Assembly (NCBI RefSeq): GCF_964204645.1
Contig: NC_134029.1
Coordinates: 15,432,950-15,496,949, forward strand
Reading direction: 5' to 3'
DNA from: Tubulanus polymorphus
Lineage: Eukaryota > Animalia > Nemertea
Length of the DNA: 64,000 nt
Shown: one piece after another, positions 1-14,060 of the stretch
How positions within the stretch are numbered: position 1 is the stretch's first letter
Layout of the letters: every line of letters starts with the position of its first letter
Position numbers and translations under genes: made by a program
Notes under the pieces: generated by a model
Database searches by the model: none
The model's input: only the letters and a program-made list of their open reading frames with translations
Told to the model about the DNA's origin: nothing

Positions 1-3000
1 GTGCGACAACACCAAAATAATGAATTGTCGCGGGCGATAAAACCAAAATAATGAATTGTCGCTGGTGATAAAACCAAAATATTGAATTGTCGCAGGCGAT
101 AAAACCAAAATATTGAAGTGTCGTAGGCGATAAAACCGCGACAAAAAAAAAATTGTCGCAGGCGATAAAACCAAAATAATGAATTGTCGCGTGCTACAAA
201 ACCAAAATAATGAAATGACGCGGACGATAAAACCAAAATAATGAATTGTCACGGGCGATAAAACCAAAATAATGAATTGACCCGGGCGACAAAACCAAAA
301 TATTGAATTGTCGCGGGCGACAAAACCAAAATAATGTATTGTCGCGGGCGATAAAACCAAAATAATGAATTGTCGCTGGTGATAAAACCAAAATATTGAA
401 TTGTCGCAGGCGATAAAACCAAAATATTGAAGTGTCGTAGGCGATAAAACCGCGACAAAAAAAAAATTGTTGCAGGCGATAAAACCAAAATAATGAATTG
501 TCGCGTGCTACAAAACCAAAATAATGAACTGTCGCGGGCGATTAAACCAAAATAATGAATTGTCGCGGGCGATAAAACCAAAATAATGAAATGTCCCTGG
601 CGACAAAACCAAAATATTGAATTGTTGCGGGCGATAAAACCAAAATAATGAATTGTCGCGGGCGACAAAACCAAAATAATGTATTGTCGCAGGCAATAAA
701 ACCAAAATAATGAATTGTCGCTGGTGATAAAACCAAAATATTGAATTGTCGCAGGCGATAAAACCAAAATATTGAAGTGTCGTAGGCGATAAAACCGCGA
801 CAAAAAAAAAATTGTCGCAGGCGATAAAACCAAAATAATGAATTGTCGCGTGCTGCAAAACCAAAATAATGAAATGACGCGGACGATAAAACCAAAATAA
901 TGAATTGTCACGGGCGATAAAACCAAAATAATGAATTGACCCGGGCGACAAAACCAAAATATTGAATTGTCGCGGGCGACAAAACCAAAATAATGTATTG
1001 TCGCGGGCGATAAAACCAAAATAATGAATTGTCGCTGGTGATAAAACCAAAATATTGAATTGTCGCAGGCGATAAAACCAAAATATTGAAGTGTCGTAGG
1101 CGATAAAACCGCGACAAAAAAAAAAATTGTTGCAGGCGATAAAACCAAAATAATGAATTGTTGCGTGCTACAAAACCAAAATAATGAACTGTCGCGGGCG
1201 ATTAAACCAAAATAATGAATTGTCGCGGGCGATAAAACCAAAATAATGAAATGTCCCGGGCGACAAAACCAAAATATTGAATTGTTGCGGGCGACAAAAC
1301 CAAACTAATGAATTGTTGCGGGCGATAAAACCAAAATAATGAATTGTCACTGGCGATAAAACCAAAATATTGAATTGTCGCAGGCTATAAAACCGCGACA
1401 AAAAAAAATTGTCGCGGGCGATAAAACCAAAATAATGAATTGTCGCGTGCGACAACACCAAAATAATGAATTGTCGCGGGCGATAAAACCAAAATAATGA
1501 ATTGTCGCTGGTGATAAAACCAAAATATTGAATTGTCGCAGGCGATAAAACCAAAATATTGAAGTGTCGTAGGCGATAAAACCGCGACAAAAAAAAATTG
1601 TCGCAGGCGATAAAACCAAAATAATGAATTGTCGCGTGCTACAAAACCAAAATAATGAAATGACGCGGACGATAAAACCAAAATAATGAATTGTCACGGG
1701 CGATAAAACCAAAATAATGAATTGACCCGGGCGACAAAACCAAAATATTGAATTGTCGCGGGCGACAAAACCAAAATAATGTATTGTCGCGGGCGATAAA
1801 ACCAAAATAATGAATTGTCGCTGGTGATAAAACCAAAATATTGAATTGTCGCAGGCGATAAAACCAAAATATTGAAGTGTCGTAGGCGATAAAACCGTGA
1901 CAAAAAAAAAAATTGTTGCAGGCGATAAAACCAAAATAATGAATTGTCGCGTGCTACAAAACCAAAATAATGAACTGTCGCGGGCGATTAAACCAAAATA
2001 ATGAATTGTCGCGGGCGATAAAACCAAAATAATGAACTGTCGCGGGCGATTAAACCAAAATAATGAATTGTCGCGGGCGATAAAACCAAAATAATGAAAT
2101 GTCCCGGGCGACAAAACCAAAATATTGAATTGTTGCGGGCGACAAAACCAAACTAATGAATTGTTGCGGGCGATAAAACCAAAATAATGAATTGTCACTG
2201 GCGATAAAACCAAAATAATGAATTGTCGCGGGCGATAAAACCAAAATAATAAATTGTCCCGGGCGACAAAACCAAAATAATGTATTGTCGCAGGCAATAA
2301 AACCAAAATAATGAATTGTCGCTGGTGATAAAACCAAAATATTGAATTGTCGCAGGCGATAAAACCAAAATAATGAATTGTCACGGGCGATAAAACCAAA
2401 ATAATGAATTGTCGCTGGCGATAAAACCAAAATATTGAATTGTCGCAGCCGATAAAACCGCGACATAAAAAAAATTGTCGCAGGCGATAAAACCAAAATA
2501 ATGAATTGTCGCGGGCGATAAAACCAAAATAATGAATTGTCGCGGGCGACAAAACCAAAATAATGTATTGTCGCGGGCGATAAAACCAAAATAATGAATT
2601 GTCGCTGGTGATAAAACCAAAATATTGAATTGTCGCAGGCGATAAAACCAAAATATTGAAGTGTCGTAGGCGATAAAACCGCGACAAAAAAAAAATTGTT
2701 GCAGGCGATAAAACCAAAATAATGAATTGTCGCGTGCTACAAAACCAAAATAATGAACTGTCGCGGGCGATAAAACCAAAATAATGAATTGTCGCGGGCG
2801 ATAAAACCAAAATAATGAATTGTCCCGGGCGACAAAACCAAAATATGGAATTGTTGCGGGCGACAAAACCAAACTAATGAATTGTTGCGGGCGATAAAAC
2901 CAAAATAATGAATTGTCACTGGCGATAAAACCAAAATATTGAATTGTCGCAGGCTATAAAACCGCGACAAAAAAAAATTGTCGCGGGCGATAAAACCAAA

Positions 3001-4040
3001 ATAATGAATTGTCGCGTGCGACAAGACCAAAATAATGAATTGTCGCGGGCGATAAAACCAAAATAATGAATTGTCGCGGGCGATAAAACCAAAATAATGA
3101 ATTGTCCCGGGCGACAAAACCAAAATATTGAATTGTTGCGGGCGACAAAACCAAACTAATGAATTGTTGCGGGCGATAAAACCAAAATAATGAATTGTCA
3201 CTGGCGATAAAACCAAAATATTGAATTGTCTCAGGCTATAAAACCGCGACAAAAAAAAATTGTCGCGGGCGATAAAACCAAAATAATGAATTGTCGCGTG
3301 CGACAACACCAAAATAATGAATTGTCGCGGGCGATAAAACCAAAATAATGAATTGTCGCGGGCGACAAAACCAAAATAATGTATTGTCGCAGGCAATAAA
3401 ACCAAAATAATGAATTGTCGCTGGTGATGAAACCAAAATATTGAATTGTCGCAGGCGATAAAACCAAAATATTGAAGTGTCGTAGGCGATAAAACCGCGA
3501 CAAAAAAAAAATTGTCGCAGGCGATAAAACCAAAATAATGAATTGTCGCGTGCTACAAAACCAAAATAATGAAATGACGCGGGCGATAAAACCAAAATAA
3601 TGAATTGTCGCGGGCGATAAAACCAAAATAATGAATTGTCCCGGGCGACAAAACCAAAATATTGAATTGTTGCGGGCGACAAAACCAAACTAATGAATTG
3701 TTGCGGGCGGTAAAACCAAAATAATGAATTGTCACTGGCGATAAAACCAAAATATTGAATTGTCGCAGGCTATAAAACCGCGACAAAAAAAAAATTGTCG
3801 CGGGCGATAAAACCAAAATAATGAATTGTCGCGTGCGACAACACCAAAATAATGAATTGTCGCGGGCGATAAAACCAAAATATTGAATTGTCGCAGGCTA
3901 TAAAACCGCGACAAAAAAAAAATTGTCGCGGGCGATAAAACCAAAATAATGAATTGTCGCGTGCGACAACACCAAAATAATGAATTGTCGCGGGCGATAA
4001 AACCAAAATAATGAATTGTCGGGGGCGCCAAAACCGAAAT
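1..4040. repeat. 31-bp satellite array (consensus AAAACCAAAATAATGAATTGTCGCGGGCGAT/C), runs off the left edge
   Basis: Directly visible tandem 31-mers; recurrent variant monomers such as CCGCGACAAAAAAAAAATTGTCGC. Confidence 0.97.
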
Positions 4041-4144
4041 TATTGTTTTGTCGCCTTATTTTAGTTTTGTCGTTTTGTTATAATGTTGCCCTTATTTGCA
4101 TATACGTGTTTTTTACGCATGGCCCTTATCAGCAACCATACTAT

Positions 4145-5401
4145 AAAGCCATAAGGTCGCGTAAAACTCGATAAACACTTCAAGCGACACAGCGAAAGAT
4201 CTCCTTTCCCCCACAGCGAACGCTTAGAAGTGGCTACTAGCCCTATGTAGGCCTATGTATATGCGTAGGCCTAACATCCGGACAGATTGGTCGTAGGCCT
4301 ATTGAATAAAAACCCACCTAAATATCGTAAATTTTGTTTTGAAGTTCAATCCAATGAGTCCGTTAATAAAGGCAACAATTATACTGTGTTTTAGTATAGC
4401 TCAGTACCGGTAGGCCTAAAGCCGCGTAAAACTCGATAAACACTTCAAGCGACACAGCGAACGATCTTCTTTCCCCCACAGCGAACGCTTACTCCGAATG
4501 TCAAGTGTGAGTCCAGCATACGGAAAGGAGTGTGTTATATACTTGTTTTTAGTAAATACCTTGTGCATTTGACAATGATCGGTATGCACTGTAGGAAATA
4601 TAGAGTATTGATGGTATTGGTATAGAGTTTGTAGCCCGCGGCCGAATAAAGTAATATATTATTTTATTTTGATACCTCGTCGACATAACAGCTTTTCTCC
4701 GCTATATCTCTTCGGCGTGTTTGGTTTAGGCCTACGATTCCCCGGTACACTAAAGATATATCTTAGTAAATACACGGTTAATTCGGTGAAGAAAAATAGG
4801 TATTGTTAAACTAACTCCTTGAAACCCGCAGCCAAATCACTAGTAGTAATAAATTAATTTGTACTCGATTTGATTCTCATGATGAGGAGAAACTCGCAGC
4901 TGATCCCCGGAACGACGATGTAGTAACACACGTCGATTCGTCGATGTTTACGGCTCGACAGAGCTTTTAAAATCTAAAGTAGTAAATTTCCAGTGTATCG
5001 GTAATATGATCTGATGAGGAAAATGGGCTATTGTTAAAATCACTGTTTGAAGACCGCGACTGAATGTGAAGTCTGCGGCAATAAATTAGTTCATTTATAC
5101 TTGAATTGATAATCGAAGTGACAGTCGGCCTGCGGGTTGATTTCGGGATGACGACTCGAAAAACATGTCGCCCCATTGAATGGGGCTAAATTTTCGATGT
5201 TTACGGCCCGACAGCGCTTTTGTAACGATGATTCGTGAAAAAACACGCGGGCTATTTGTAGATCTCAGTGAGCTGAACGATATTATATGGATTGTATATG
5301 AAACAGCGGTAAGGTAACAAAGCCTATGTTCTTTTGGTAAAAATAGTGTGGAAGAAAATAATAATAAATATAGCTGCAAAGCAGCGATAACGGGTTTTCT
5401 G
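4145..5401 (+). mobile_element. Non-autonomous interspersed repeat B (Helentron/HINE-like terminal module), copy 1
   Basis: Repeated at 9605, 16285, 20255 and inverted and diverged at 36950; ends in (AAT)n plus ATATAGCTGCAAAGCAGCGATAACGGGTTTTCTG; left boundary approximate. Confidence 0.6.
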
Positions 5402-5426
5402 CACAGTCTTAGAATCCTGTTCAACG

Positions 5427-5655
5427 GTGGATTTCAACAAAGCATTTGATAAGGCTCAACATCAGCCATTACTGAACAGGCTATTAGGAAACAGTATCAA
5501 TGATAGGTCGCCCAAATGGCACAGCAGTTATCTCTGAACGGAAACTTGTAACCGAAATCAACGGAACGCCTCATCTTGGAGACGGTCTAACTAGTGGAGT
5601 CACGCAAGGTAGTATCCTAAGTCGTCTTCTGTTTAATGTCCTGACAAATGACATA
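5427..5655 (+). pseudogene. CR1/L2-type LINE reverse-transcriptase relic
   Basis: Translates with a frameshift to VDFNKAFDKAQHQPLL...W.SSYL...INGT...TSGVTQGSILSRLLFNVLTNDI, matching the DFSKAFD and GVPQGSVLGPLLF RT motifs. Confidence 0.75.
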
Positions 5656-5735
5656 CACAGTAATCCAAAATATACCAGACCGAGTAAATTTCCAAAACAA
5701 CCTTAACACACTGTTCCACCAAAAACTTAATGTTC

Positions 5736-6042
5736 CGACAAAACCACGTGCGACAAAACCAAAATTATGAATTGTCGCGGGTGACAAAACCAAAATATTG
5801 AATTGTCACGGGCGACAAAACAAAAATAATGAATTGTCGCGGTCGATAAAACCAAAATAATGAATTGTCGCGGGCGATAAAACCACAATAATGAATTGTC
5901 GCGGTCGTTAAAACCAAAATATTGAATTGTTGCGGGCGATAAAACCAAAATATTGAATTGTCGCGGACGACAAAAACAAACTATTGAATTGTTGCGTGCG
6001 ACAAAACCAAAATAATGAATTGTCGCGGGCGACAAAACCAAA
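5736..6042. repeat. 31-bp satellite, short array
   Basis: About 10 monomers of the same consensus. Confidence 0.95.
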
Positions 6043-7040
6043 CTAGGGGCCCAGGGATACCATGCTCACTTGGGCAGTGGTTTCAAATGCTCAACAATCT
6101 AACAATTTCAATACAAAACGCCCTCTAGTGACCATATACAAAAACTAATGACCTTGAAACCCACCACAATCATAGAACATGTGAGCAGCTATGATTTTGT
6201 AATTGATTGTCATAACAAAATATGCCTCGTTACCAATTTAATATGGAAATACTAAGTTATTCTACTATTCAATGCCCCCTGGTGACCATATGCAAAACCC
6301 AATGACCTTAAAACTCACCACAATCGTAGTACATGTCATGAAATACAACTTTGCAATTGATCATAGTAACAAAATATGCCCAGGTACCAATCTAATAAGG
6401 AAATACTAAGCCATTCTACTATTCAGCGCCCCCTGGTGACTATATGGAATAACTAATGTCCTTAAAAACTCACCACAATCATAGACGATGTCATGAACTA
6501 CAACTTTGCCATTGATCATGGTAACAAAATATGCCTTGGTACAAATATAATATAGCGATACTAAGTTATTGTATTATTCAACGCCCCCTGATGGCCACAT
6601 ACAAAAACCAATGACCTTAAAACTCACCAAAATCATAGAACACGTTATGGGCTACAACTTTGCAATTGAATATAGTAACACAATATGCTTAGGTATCAAT
6701 TAATTGTGGAAAAACTTTTTCCCACCTACGAATGAGTACTGATGACACCAAGATGGCCGCCAATTGCGTCATAATTGGCTGATCAAAAATACCTGTTGTA
6801 GGTATAAAACATCCCTCTCTAAAGAATATCCACCAGCAATTGCAATGAGAAATGGCAAACCAGTAGGAAGCTACGGGACCTAGAATTCTGGCCAAAATTG
6901 ACATTTTTGGGCACTAAAAAGGTCATAGGACGGCCATCTTGAGTCAGATTGACCCAATTTTCTTTGCTGATGGGCCTTTGGTAGATTCAAATATAAACGA
7001 AAGATCAAGGTAATTGATCAAAGCGTCTTCAAAATTTTCT
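6043..7040 (+). mobile_element. Helentron-associated non-autonomous element A (HINE-like), 3'-truncated, four 154-bp core repeats
   Basis: Same CTAGGGG start and body as the full-length copy at 14061; lacks the (GGAC)n and terminal hairpin. Confidence 0.7.
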
Positions 7041-7041
7041 T

Positions 7042-9500
7042 CGGGTGACAAAACCAAAACAATGAATTGTCGCGGGCGATAAAACCAAAATAATGAATTG
7101 TCTCGTGCGACAAAACCAAAATAATGAATTGTCGCGGGCAATAAAACCAAAATAATGAATTATCGCGGGCGATAAAACCAAAATATTGAATTGTCGCGGG
7201 CGATAAAACCAAAATAATGAATTGTCGCGGGCGACAAAACCAGAAAAAGAATCGTGGGGGCGACAAAACCAAAATAATGAATTATCGCGGGCGATAAAAC
7301 CAAAAGGAAGAATTGTCGCGGGCGACAAAACCAAAAAAATGAATTGTCGCTGGAGATAAAACCAAAGTAATGAATTGTCGCAGGTGACAAAACCAAAATA
7401 TTGAATTGTCGCGGGCGACAAAACCAAAATATTGAATTGTCGCGGGCGACAAAACCAGACTAATGAATTGTCGCGGGCGACAAAACCAAAAAAAGAATTG
7501 TCGGGGCGACAAAACCAAAATAATGAATTGTCGCGGGCGATAAAACCAAAATAATGAATTGTCGCGGGTGACAAAACCAAAATGGTGAATTCTCGCGGGC
7601 GACAAAACCAAAAGGGTGAATTGTCGCTGGCGACAAAACCAAAATAATGAATTGTCGCGGGCGACAAAACCAAAATGGTGAATTGTCCAGCCGACAAAAC
7701 CAAAATGGTGAATTGTCGCGGGCGACATAACCAAAATAATGAATTGTCGCGGGCGATAAAACCAAAATGATGAATTGTCTCGGCCGACAAAACCAAAATA
7801 ATTAATTGTCGCGGGTGATAAAACCAAAATAATGAATTATCGCGGGCGATAAAACCAAAATATTGAATTGTCGCGGGCGATTAAACCAAAATAATGAATT
7901 GTCGCGGGCGACAAAACCAAAACATTGAATATTGAATTGTCGCGGGCGACAAAACCAAAAAATGAATTGTCGCGGGCGACAAATCCAAAATAATGAATTG
8001 TCGCTGGAGAAAAAACCAAAGTAATGAATTGTCGTGGGCGATAAAACCAAAACATTGAATTGTCGCGGGCGACAGAACCAAAATATTGAATTGTTGCGGG
8101 CGACAAAACCAAACTAATGAATTGTTGCGGGCGATAAAACCAAAATAATGAATTGTCACTGGCGATAAAACCAAAATATTGAATTGTCGCAGGCTATAAA
8201 ACCGCGACAAAAAAAAATTGTCGCGGGCGATAAAACCAAAATAATGAATTGTCGCGTGCGACAAGACCAAAATAATGAATTGTCGCGGGCGATAAAACCA
8301 AAATAATGAATTGTCGCGGGCGATAAAACCAAAATAATGAATTGTCCCGGGCGACATAACCAAAATATTGAATTGTTGCGGGCGACAAAACCAAACTAAT
8401 GAATTGTTGCGGGCGATAAAACCAAAATAATGAATTGTCACTGGCGATAAAACCAAAATATTGAATTGTCTCAGGCTATAAAACCGCGACAAAAAAAAAT
8501 TGTCGCGGGCGATAAAACCAAAATAATGAATTGTCGCGTGCGACAACGCCAAAATAATGAATTGTTGCGGGCGATAAAACCAAAATAATGAATTGTCGCG
8601 GGCGACAAAACCAAAATAATGTATTGTCGCAGGCAATAAAACCAAAATAATGAATTGTCGCTGGTGATAAAACCAAAATATTGAATTGTCGCAGGCGATA
8701 AAACCAAAATATTGAAGTGTCGTAGGCGATAAAACCGCGACAAAAAAAAAATTGTCGCAGGCGATAAAACCAAAATAATGAATTGTCGCGTGCTACAAAA
8801 CCAAAATAATGAAATGACGCGGGCGATAAAACCAAAATAATGAATTGTCGCGGGCGATAAAACCAAAATAATGAATTGTCCCGGGCGACAAAACCAAAAT
8901 ATTGAATTGTTGCGGGCGACAACACCAAACTAATGAATTGTTGCGGGCGGTAAAACCAAAATAATGAATTGTCACTGGCGATAAAACCAAAATATTGAAT
9001 TGTCGCAGGCTATAAAACCGCGACAAAAAAAAATTGTCGCGGGCGATAAAACCAAAATAATGAATTGTCGCGGGCGATAAAACCAAAATAATGAATTGTC
9101 CCGGGCGACAAAACCAAAATATTGAATTGTTGCGGGCGACAACACCAAACTAATGAATTGTTGCGGGCGGTAAAACCAAAATAATGAATTGTCACTGGCG
9201 ATAAAACCAAAATATTGAATTGTCGCAGGCTATAAAACCGCGACAAAAAAAAATTGTCGCGGGCGATAAAACCAAAATAATGAATTGTCGCGTGCGACAA
9301 CACCAAAATAATGAATTGTCGCGGGCGATAAAACCAAAATATTGAATTGTCGCAGGCTATAAAACCGCGACAAAAAAAAAATTGTCGCGGGCGATAAAAC
9401 CAAAATAATGAATTGTCGCGTGCGACAACACCAAAATAATGAATTGTCGCGGGCGATAAAACCAAAATAATGAATTGTCGGGGGCGCCAAAACCGAAATT
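7042..9500. repeat. 31-bp satellite array
   Basis: Tandem 31-mers; the part from ~8090 re-copies the variant order of ~2850-4040. Confidence 0.97.
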
Positions 9501-9604
9501 ATTGTTTTGTCGCCTTATTTTAGTTTTGTCGTTTTGTTATAATGTTGCCCTTATTTGCATATACGTGTTTTTTTACGCATGGCCCTTATCAGCAACCATA
9601 CTAT

Positions 9605-10861
9605 AAAGCCATAAGGTCGCGTAAAACTCGATAAACACTTCAAGCGACACAGCGAAAGATCTCCTTTCCCCCACAGCGAACGCTTAGAAGTGGCTACTAG
9701 CCCTATGTAGGCCTATGTATATGCGTAGGCCTAACATCCGGACAGATTGGTCGTAGGCCTATTGAATAAAAACCCACCTAAATATCGTAAATTTTGTTTT
9801 GAAGTTCAATCCAATGAGTCCGTTAATAAAGGCAACAATTATACTGTGTTTTAGTATAGCTCAGTACCGGTAGGCCTAAAGCCGCGTAAAACTCGATAAA
9901 CACTTCAAGCGACACAGCGAACGATCTTCTTTCCCCCACAGCGAACGCTTACTCCGAATGTCAAGTGTGAGTCCAGCATACGGAAAGGAGTGTGTTATAT
10001 ACTTGTTTTTAGTAAATACCTTGTGCATTTGACAATGATCGGTATGCACTGTAGGAAATATAGAGTATTGATGGTATTGGTATAGAGTTTGTAGCCCGTG
10101 GCCGAATAAAGTAATATATTATTTTATTTTGATACCTCGTCGACATAACAGCTTTTCTCCGCTATATCTCTTCGGCGTGTTTGGTTTAGGCCTACGATTC
10201 CCCGGTACACTAAAGATATATCTTAGTAAATACACGGTTAATTCGGTGAAGAAAAATAGGTATTGTTAAACTAACTCCTTGAAACCCGCAGCCAAATCAC
10301 TAGTAGTAATAAATTAATTTGTACTCGATTTGATTCTCATGATGAGGAGAAACTCGCAGCTGATCCCCGGAACGACGATGTAGTAACACACGTCGATTCG
10401 TCGATGTTTACGGCTCGACAGAGCTTTTAAAATCTAAAGTAGTAAATTTCCAGTGTATCGGTAATATGATCTGATGAGGAAAATGGGCTATTGTTAAAAT
10501 CACTGTTTGAAGACCGCGACTGAATGTGAAGTCTGCGGCAATAAATTAGTTCATTTATACTTGAATTGATAATCGAAGTGACAGTCGGCCTGCGGGTTGA
10601 TTTCGGGATGACGACTCGAAAAACATGTCGCCCCATTGAATGGGGCTAAATTTTCGATGTTTACGGCCCGACAGCGCTTTTGTAACGATGATTCGTGAAA
10701 AAACACGCGGGCTATTTGTAGATCTCAGTGAGCTGAACGATATTATATGGATTGTATATGAAACAGCGGTAAGGTAACAAAGCCTATGTTCTTTTGGTAA
10801 AAATAGTGTGGAAGAAAATAATAATAAATATAGCTGCAAAGCAGCGATAACGGGTTTTCTG
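9605..10861 (+). mobile_element. Interspersed repeat B, copy 2
   Basis: Near-identical to 4145-5401 at an offset of 5460 bp (identical spurious ORFs at 4967 and 10427). Confidence 0.6.
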
Positions 10862-10886
10862 CACAGTCTTAGAATCCTGTTCAACG

Positions 10887-11115
10887 GTGGATTTCAACAA
10901 AGCATTTGATAAGGCTCAACATCAGCCATTACTGAACAGGCTATTAGGAAACAGTATCAATGATAGGTCGCCCAAATGGCACAGCAGTTATCTCTGAACG
11001 GAAACTTGTAACCGAAATCAACGGAACGCCTCATCTTGGAGACGGTCTAACTAGTGGAGTCACGCAAGGTAGTATCCTAAGTCGTCTTCTGTTTAATGTC
11101 CTGACAAATGACATA
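10887..11115 (+). pseudogene. CR1/L2-type RT relic, duplicate
   Basis: Copy of 5427-5655 (identical ORF at 10960). Confidence 0.75.
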
Positions 11116-11195
11116 CACAGTAATCCAAAATATACCAGACCGAGTAAATTTCCAAAACAACCTTAACACACTGTTCAAACAAAAACTTAATGTTC

Positions 11196-11502
11196 CGACA
11201 AAACCACGTGCGACAAAACCAAAATTATGAATTGTCGCGGGTGACAAAACCAAAATATTGAATTGTCACGGGCGACAAAACAAAAATAATGAATTGTCGC
11301 GGTCGATAAAACCAAAATAATGAATTGTCGCGGGCGATAAAACCACAATAATGAATTGTCGCGGTCGTTAAAACCAAAATATTGAATTGTTGCGGGCGAT
11401 AAAACCAAAATATTGAATTGTCGCGGACGACAAAAACAAACTATTGAATTGTTGCGTGCGACAAAACCAAAAGAATGAATTGTCGCGGGCGACAAAACCA
11501 AA
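11196..11502. repeat. 31-bp satellite, short array
   Basis: Duplicate of 5736-6042. Confidence 0.95.
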
Positions 11503-12501
11503 CTAGGGGCCCAGGGATACCATGCTCACTTGGGCAGTGGTTTCAAATGCTCAACAATCTAACAATTTCAATACATAACGCCCTCTAGTGACCATATACA
11601 AAAACTAATGACCTTGAAACCCACCACAATCATAGAACATGTGAGCAGCTATGATTTTGTAATTGATTGTCATAACAAAATATGCCTCGTTACCAATTTA
11701 ATATGGAAATACTAAGTTATTCTACTATTCAATGCCCCCTGGTGACCATATGCAAAACCCAATGACCTTAAAACTCACCACAATCGTAGTACATGTCATG
11801 AAATACAACTTTGCAATTGATCATAGTAACAAAATATGCCCAGGTACCAATCTAATAAGGAAATACTAAGCCATTCTACTATTCAGCGCCCCCTGGTGAC
11901 TATATGGAATAACTAATGTCCTTAAAAACTCACCACAATCATAGAGGATGTCATGAACTACAACTTTGCCATTGATCATGGTAACAAAATATGCCTTGGT
12001 ACAAATATAATATAGCGATACTAAGTTATTGTATTATTCAACGCCCCCTGATGGCCACATACAAAAACCAATGACCTTAAAACTCACCAAAATCATAGAA
12101 CACGTTATGGGCTACAACTTTCCAATTGAATATAGTAACACAATATGCTTAGGTATCAATTAATTGTGGAAAAACTTTTTCCCACCTACGAATGAGTACT
12201 GATGACACCAAGATGGCCGCCAATTGCGTCATAATTGGCTGATCAAAAATACCTGTTGTAGGTATAAAACATCCCTCTCTAAAGAATATCCACCAGCAAT
12301 TGCAATGAGAAATGGCAAACCAGTAGGAAGCTACAGGACCTAGAATTCTGGCCAAAATTGACATTTTTGGGCACTAAAAAGGTCATAGGACGGCCATCTT
12401 GAGTCAGATTGACCCAATTTTCTTATGCTGATGGACCTTTGGTAGATTCAAATATAAACGAAAGATCAAGGTAATTGATCAAAGCGTCTTCAAAATTTTC
12501 T
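11503..12501 (+). mobile_element. HINE-like element A, 3'-truncated duplicate
   Basis: Copy of 6043-7040 with the same truncation point. Confidence 0.7.
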
Positions 12502-12502
12502 T

Positions 12503-14060
12503 CGGGTGACAAAACCAAAATAATGAATTGTCGCGGGCGATAAAACCAAAATAATGAATTGTCTCGTGCGACAAAACCAAAATAATGAATTGTCGCGGGC
12601 AATAAAACCAAAATAATGAATTATCGCGGGCGATAAAACCAAAATATTGAATTGTCGCGGGCGATAAAACCAAAATAATGAATTGTCGCGGGCGACAAAA
12701 CCAGAAAAAGAATCGTGGGGGCGACAAAACCAAAATAATGAATTATCGCGGGCGATAAAACCAAAAGGAAGAATTGTCGCGGGCGACAAAACCAAAAAAA
12801 TGAATTGTCGCTGGAGATAAAACCAAAGTAATGAATTGTCGCAGGTGACAAAACCAAAATATTGAATTGTCGCGGGCGACAAAACCAAAATATTGAATTG
12901 TCGCGGGCGACAAAACCAGACTAATGAATTGTCGCGGGCGACAAAACCAAAAAAAGAATTGTCGGGGCGACAAAACCAAAATAATGAATTGTCGCGGGCA
13001 ATAAAACCAAAATAATGAATTGTCGCGGGCGATAAAACCAAAATAATGAATTGTCGCGGGTGACAAAACCAAAATGGTGAATTCTCGCGGGCGACAAAAC
13101 CAAAAGGGTGAATTGTCGCGGGCGACAAAACCAAAATAATGAATTGTCGCGGGCGACAAAACCAAAATGGTGAATTGTCCAGCCGACAAAACCAAAATGG
13201 TGAATTGTCGCGGGCGACATAACCAAAATAATGAATTGTCGCGGGCGATAAAACCAAAATGATGAATTGTCTCGGGCGACAAAACCAAAATAATTAATTG
13301 TCGCGGGCGACAAAACCAAAAAATGAATTGTCGCGGGCGACAAATCCAAAATAATGAATTGTCGCTGGAGAAAAAACCAAAGTAATGAATTGTCGTGGGC
13401 GATAAAACCAAAACATTGAATTGTCGCGGGCGACAGAACCAAAATATTGAATTGTCGCGGGCGACAAAACCAAAAAAAGAATTGTCGGGGCGACAAAAAC
13501 AAAATAATGAATTGTCGCGGGCGATAAAACCAAAATATTGAATTGTCGCGGGCGACAAAACCAAACTAATGAATTGTCGCGGGCGATAAAACCAAAATAA
13601 TGAATTGTCGCCGGCGATAGAACGAAAATAATGAATTGTCGCGGGTGACAAAAGCAAAATGGTGAATTGTCGCGGGTGACAAAAGCAAAATGGTGAATTG
13701 TCGCGGGTGACAAAACCAAAATGGTGAAATGTCGTGGGCGACAAAACCAAAATGGTGAATTGTCGCGGGCGACAAAACCGTAATAATGAATTGTCGCCGG
13801 CGATAAAACCAAAATAATGAATTGTCGCGGGCGACAAAACCAAAAAAAAGAATTGTCGCGGGCGACAAAACCAAAATAATGAATTGTCGCTGGAGATAAA
13901 ACCAAAGTAATGAATTGTCGTGGGCAATAAAACCAAAATATTGAATTGTCGCGGGCGACAAAACCAAAATATTGAATTGTCGCGGGCGACAAAACCAAAC
14001 TAATGAATTGTCGCGGGCGACAAAACCAAAAAAAGAATTGTCGCGGGCGACAAAACCAAA
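12503..14060. repeat. 31-bp satellite array
   Basis: Tandem 31-mers. Confidence 0.96.
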
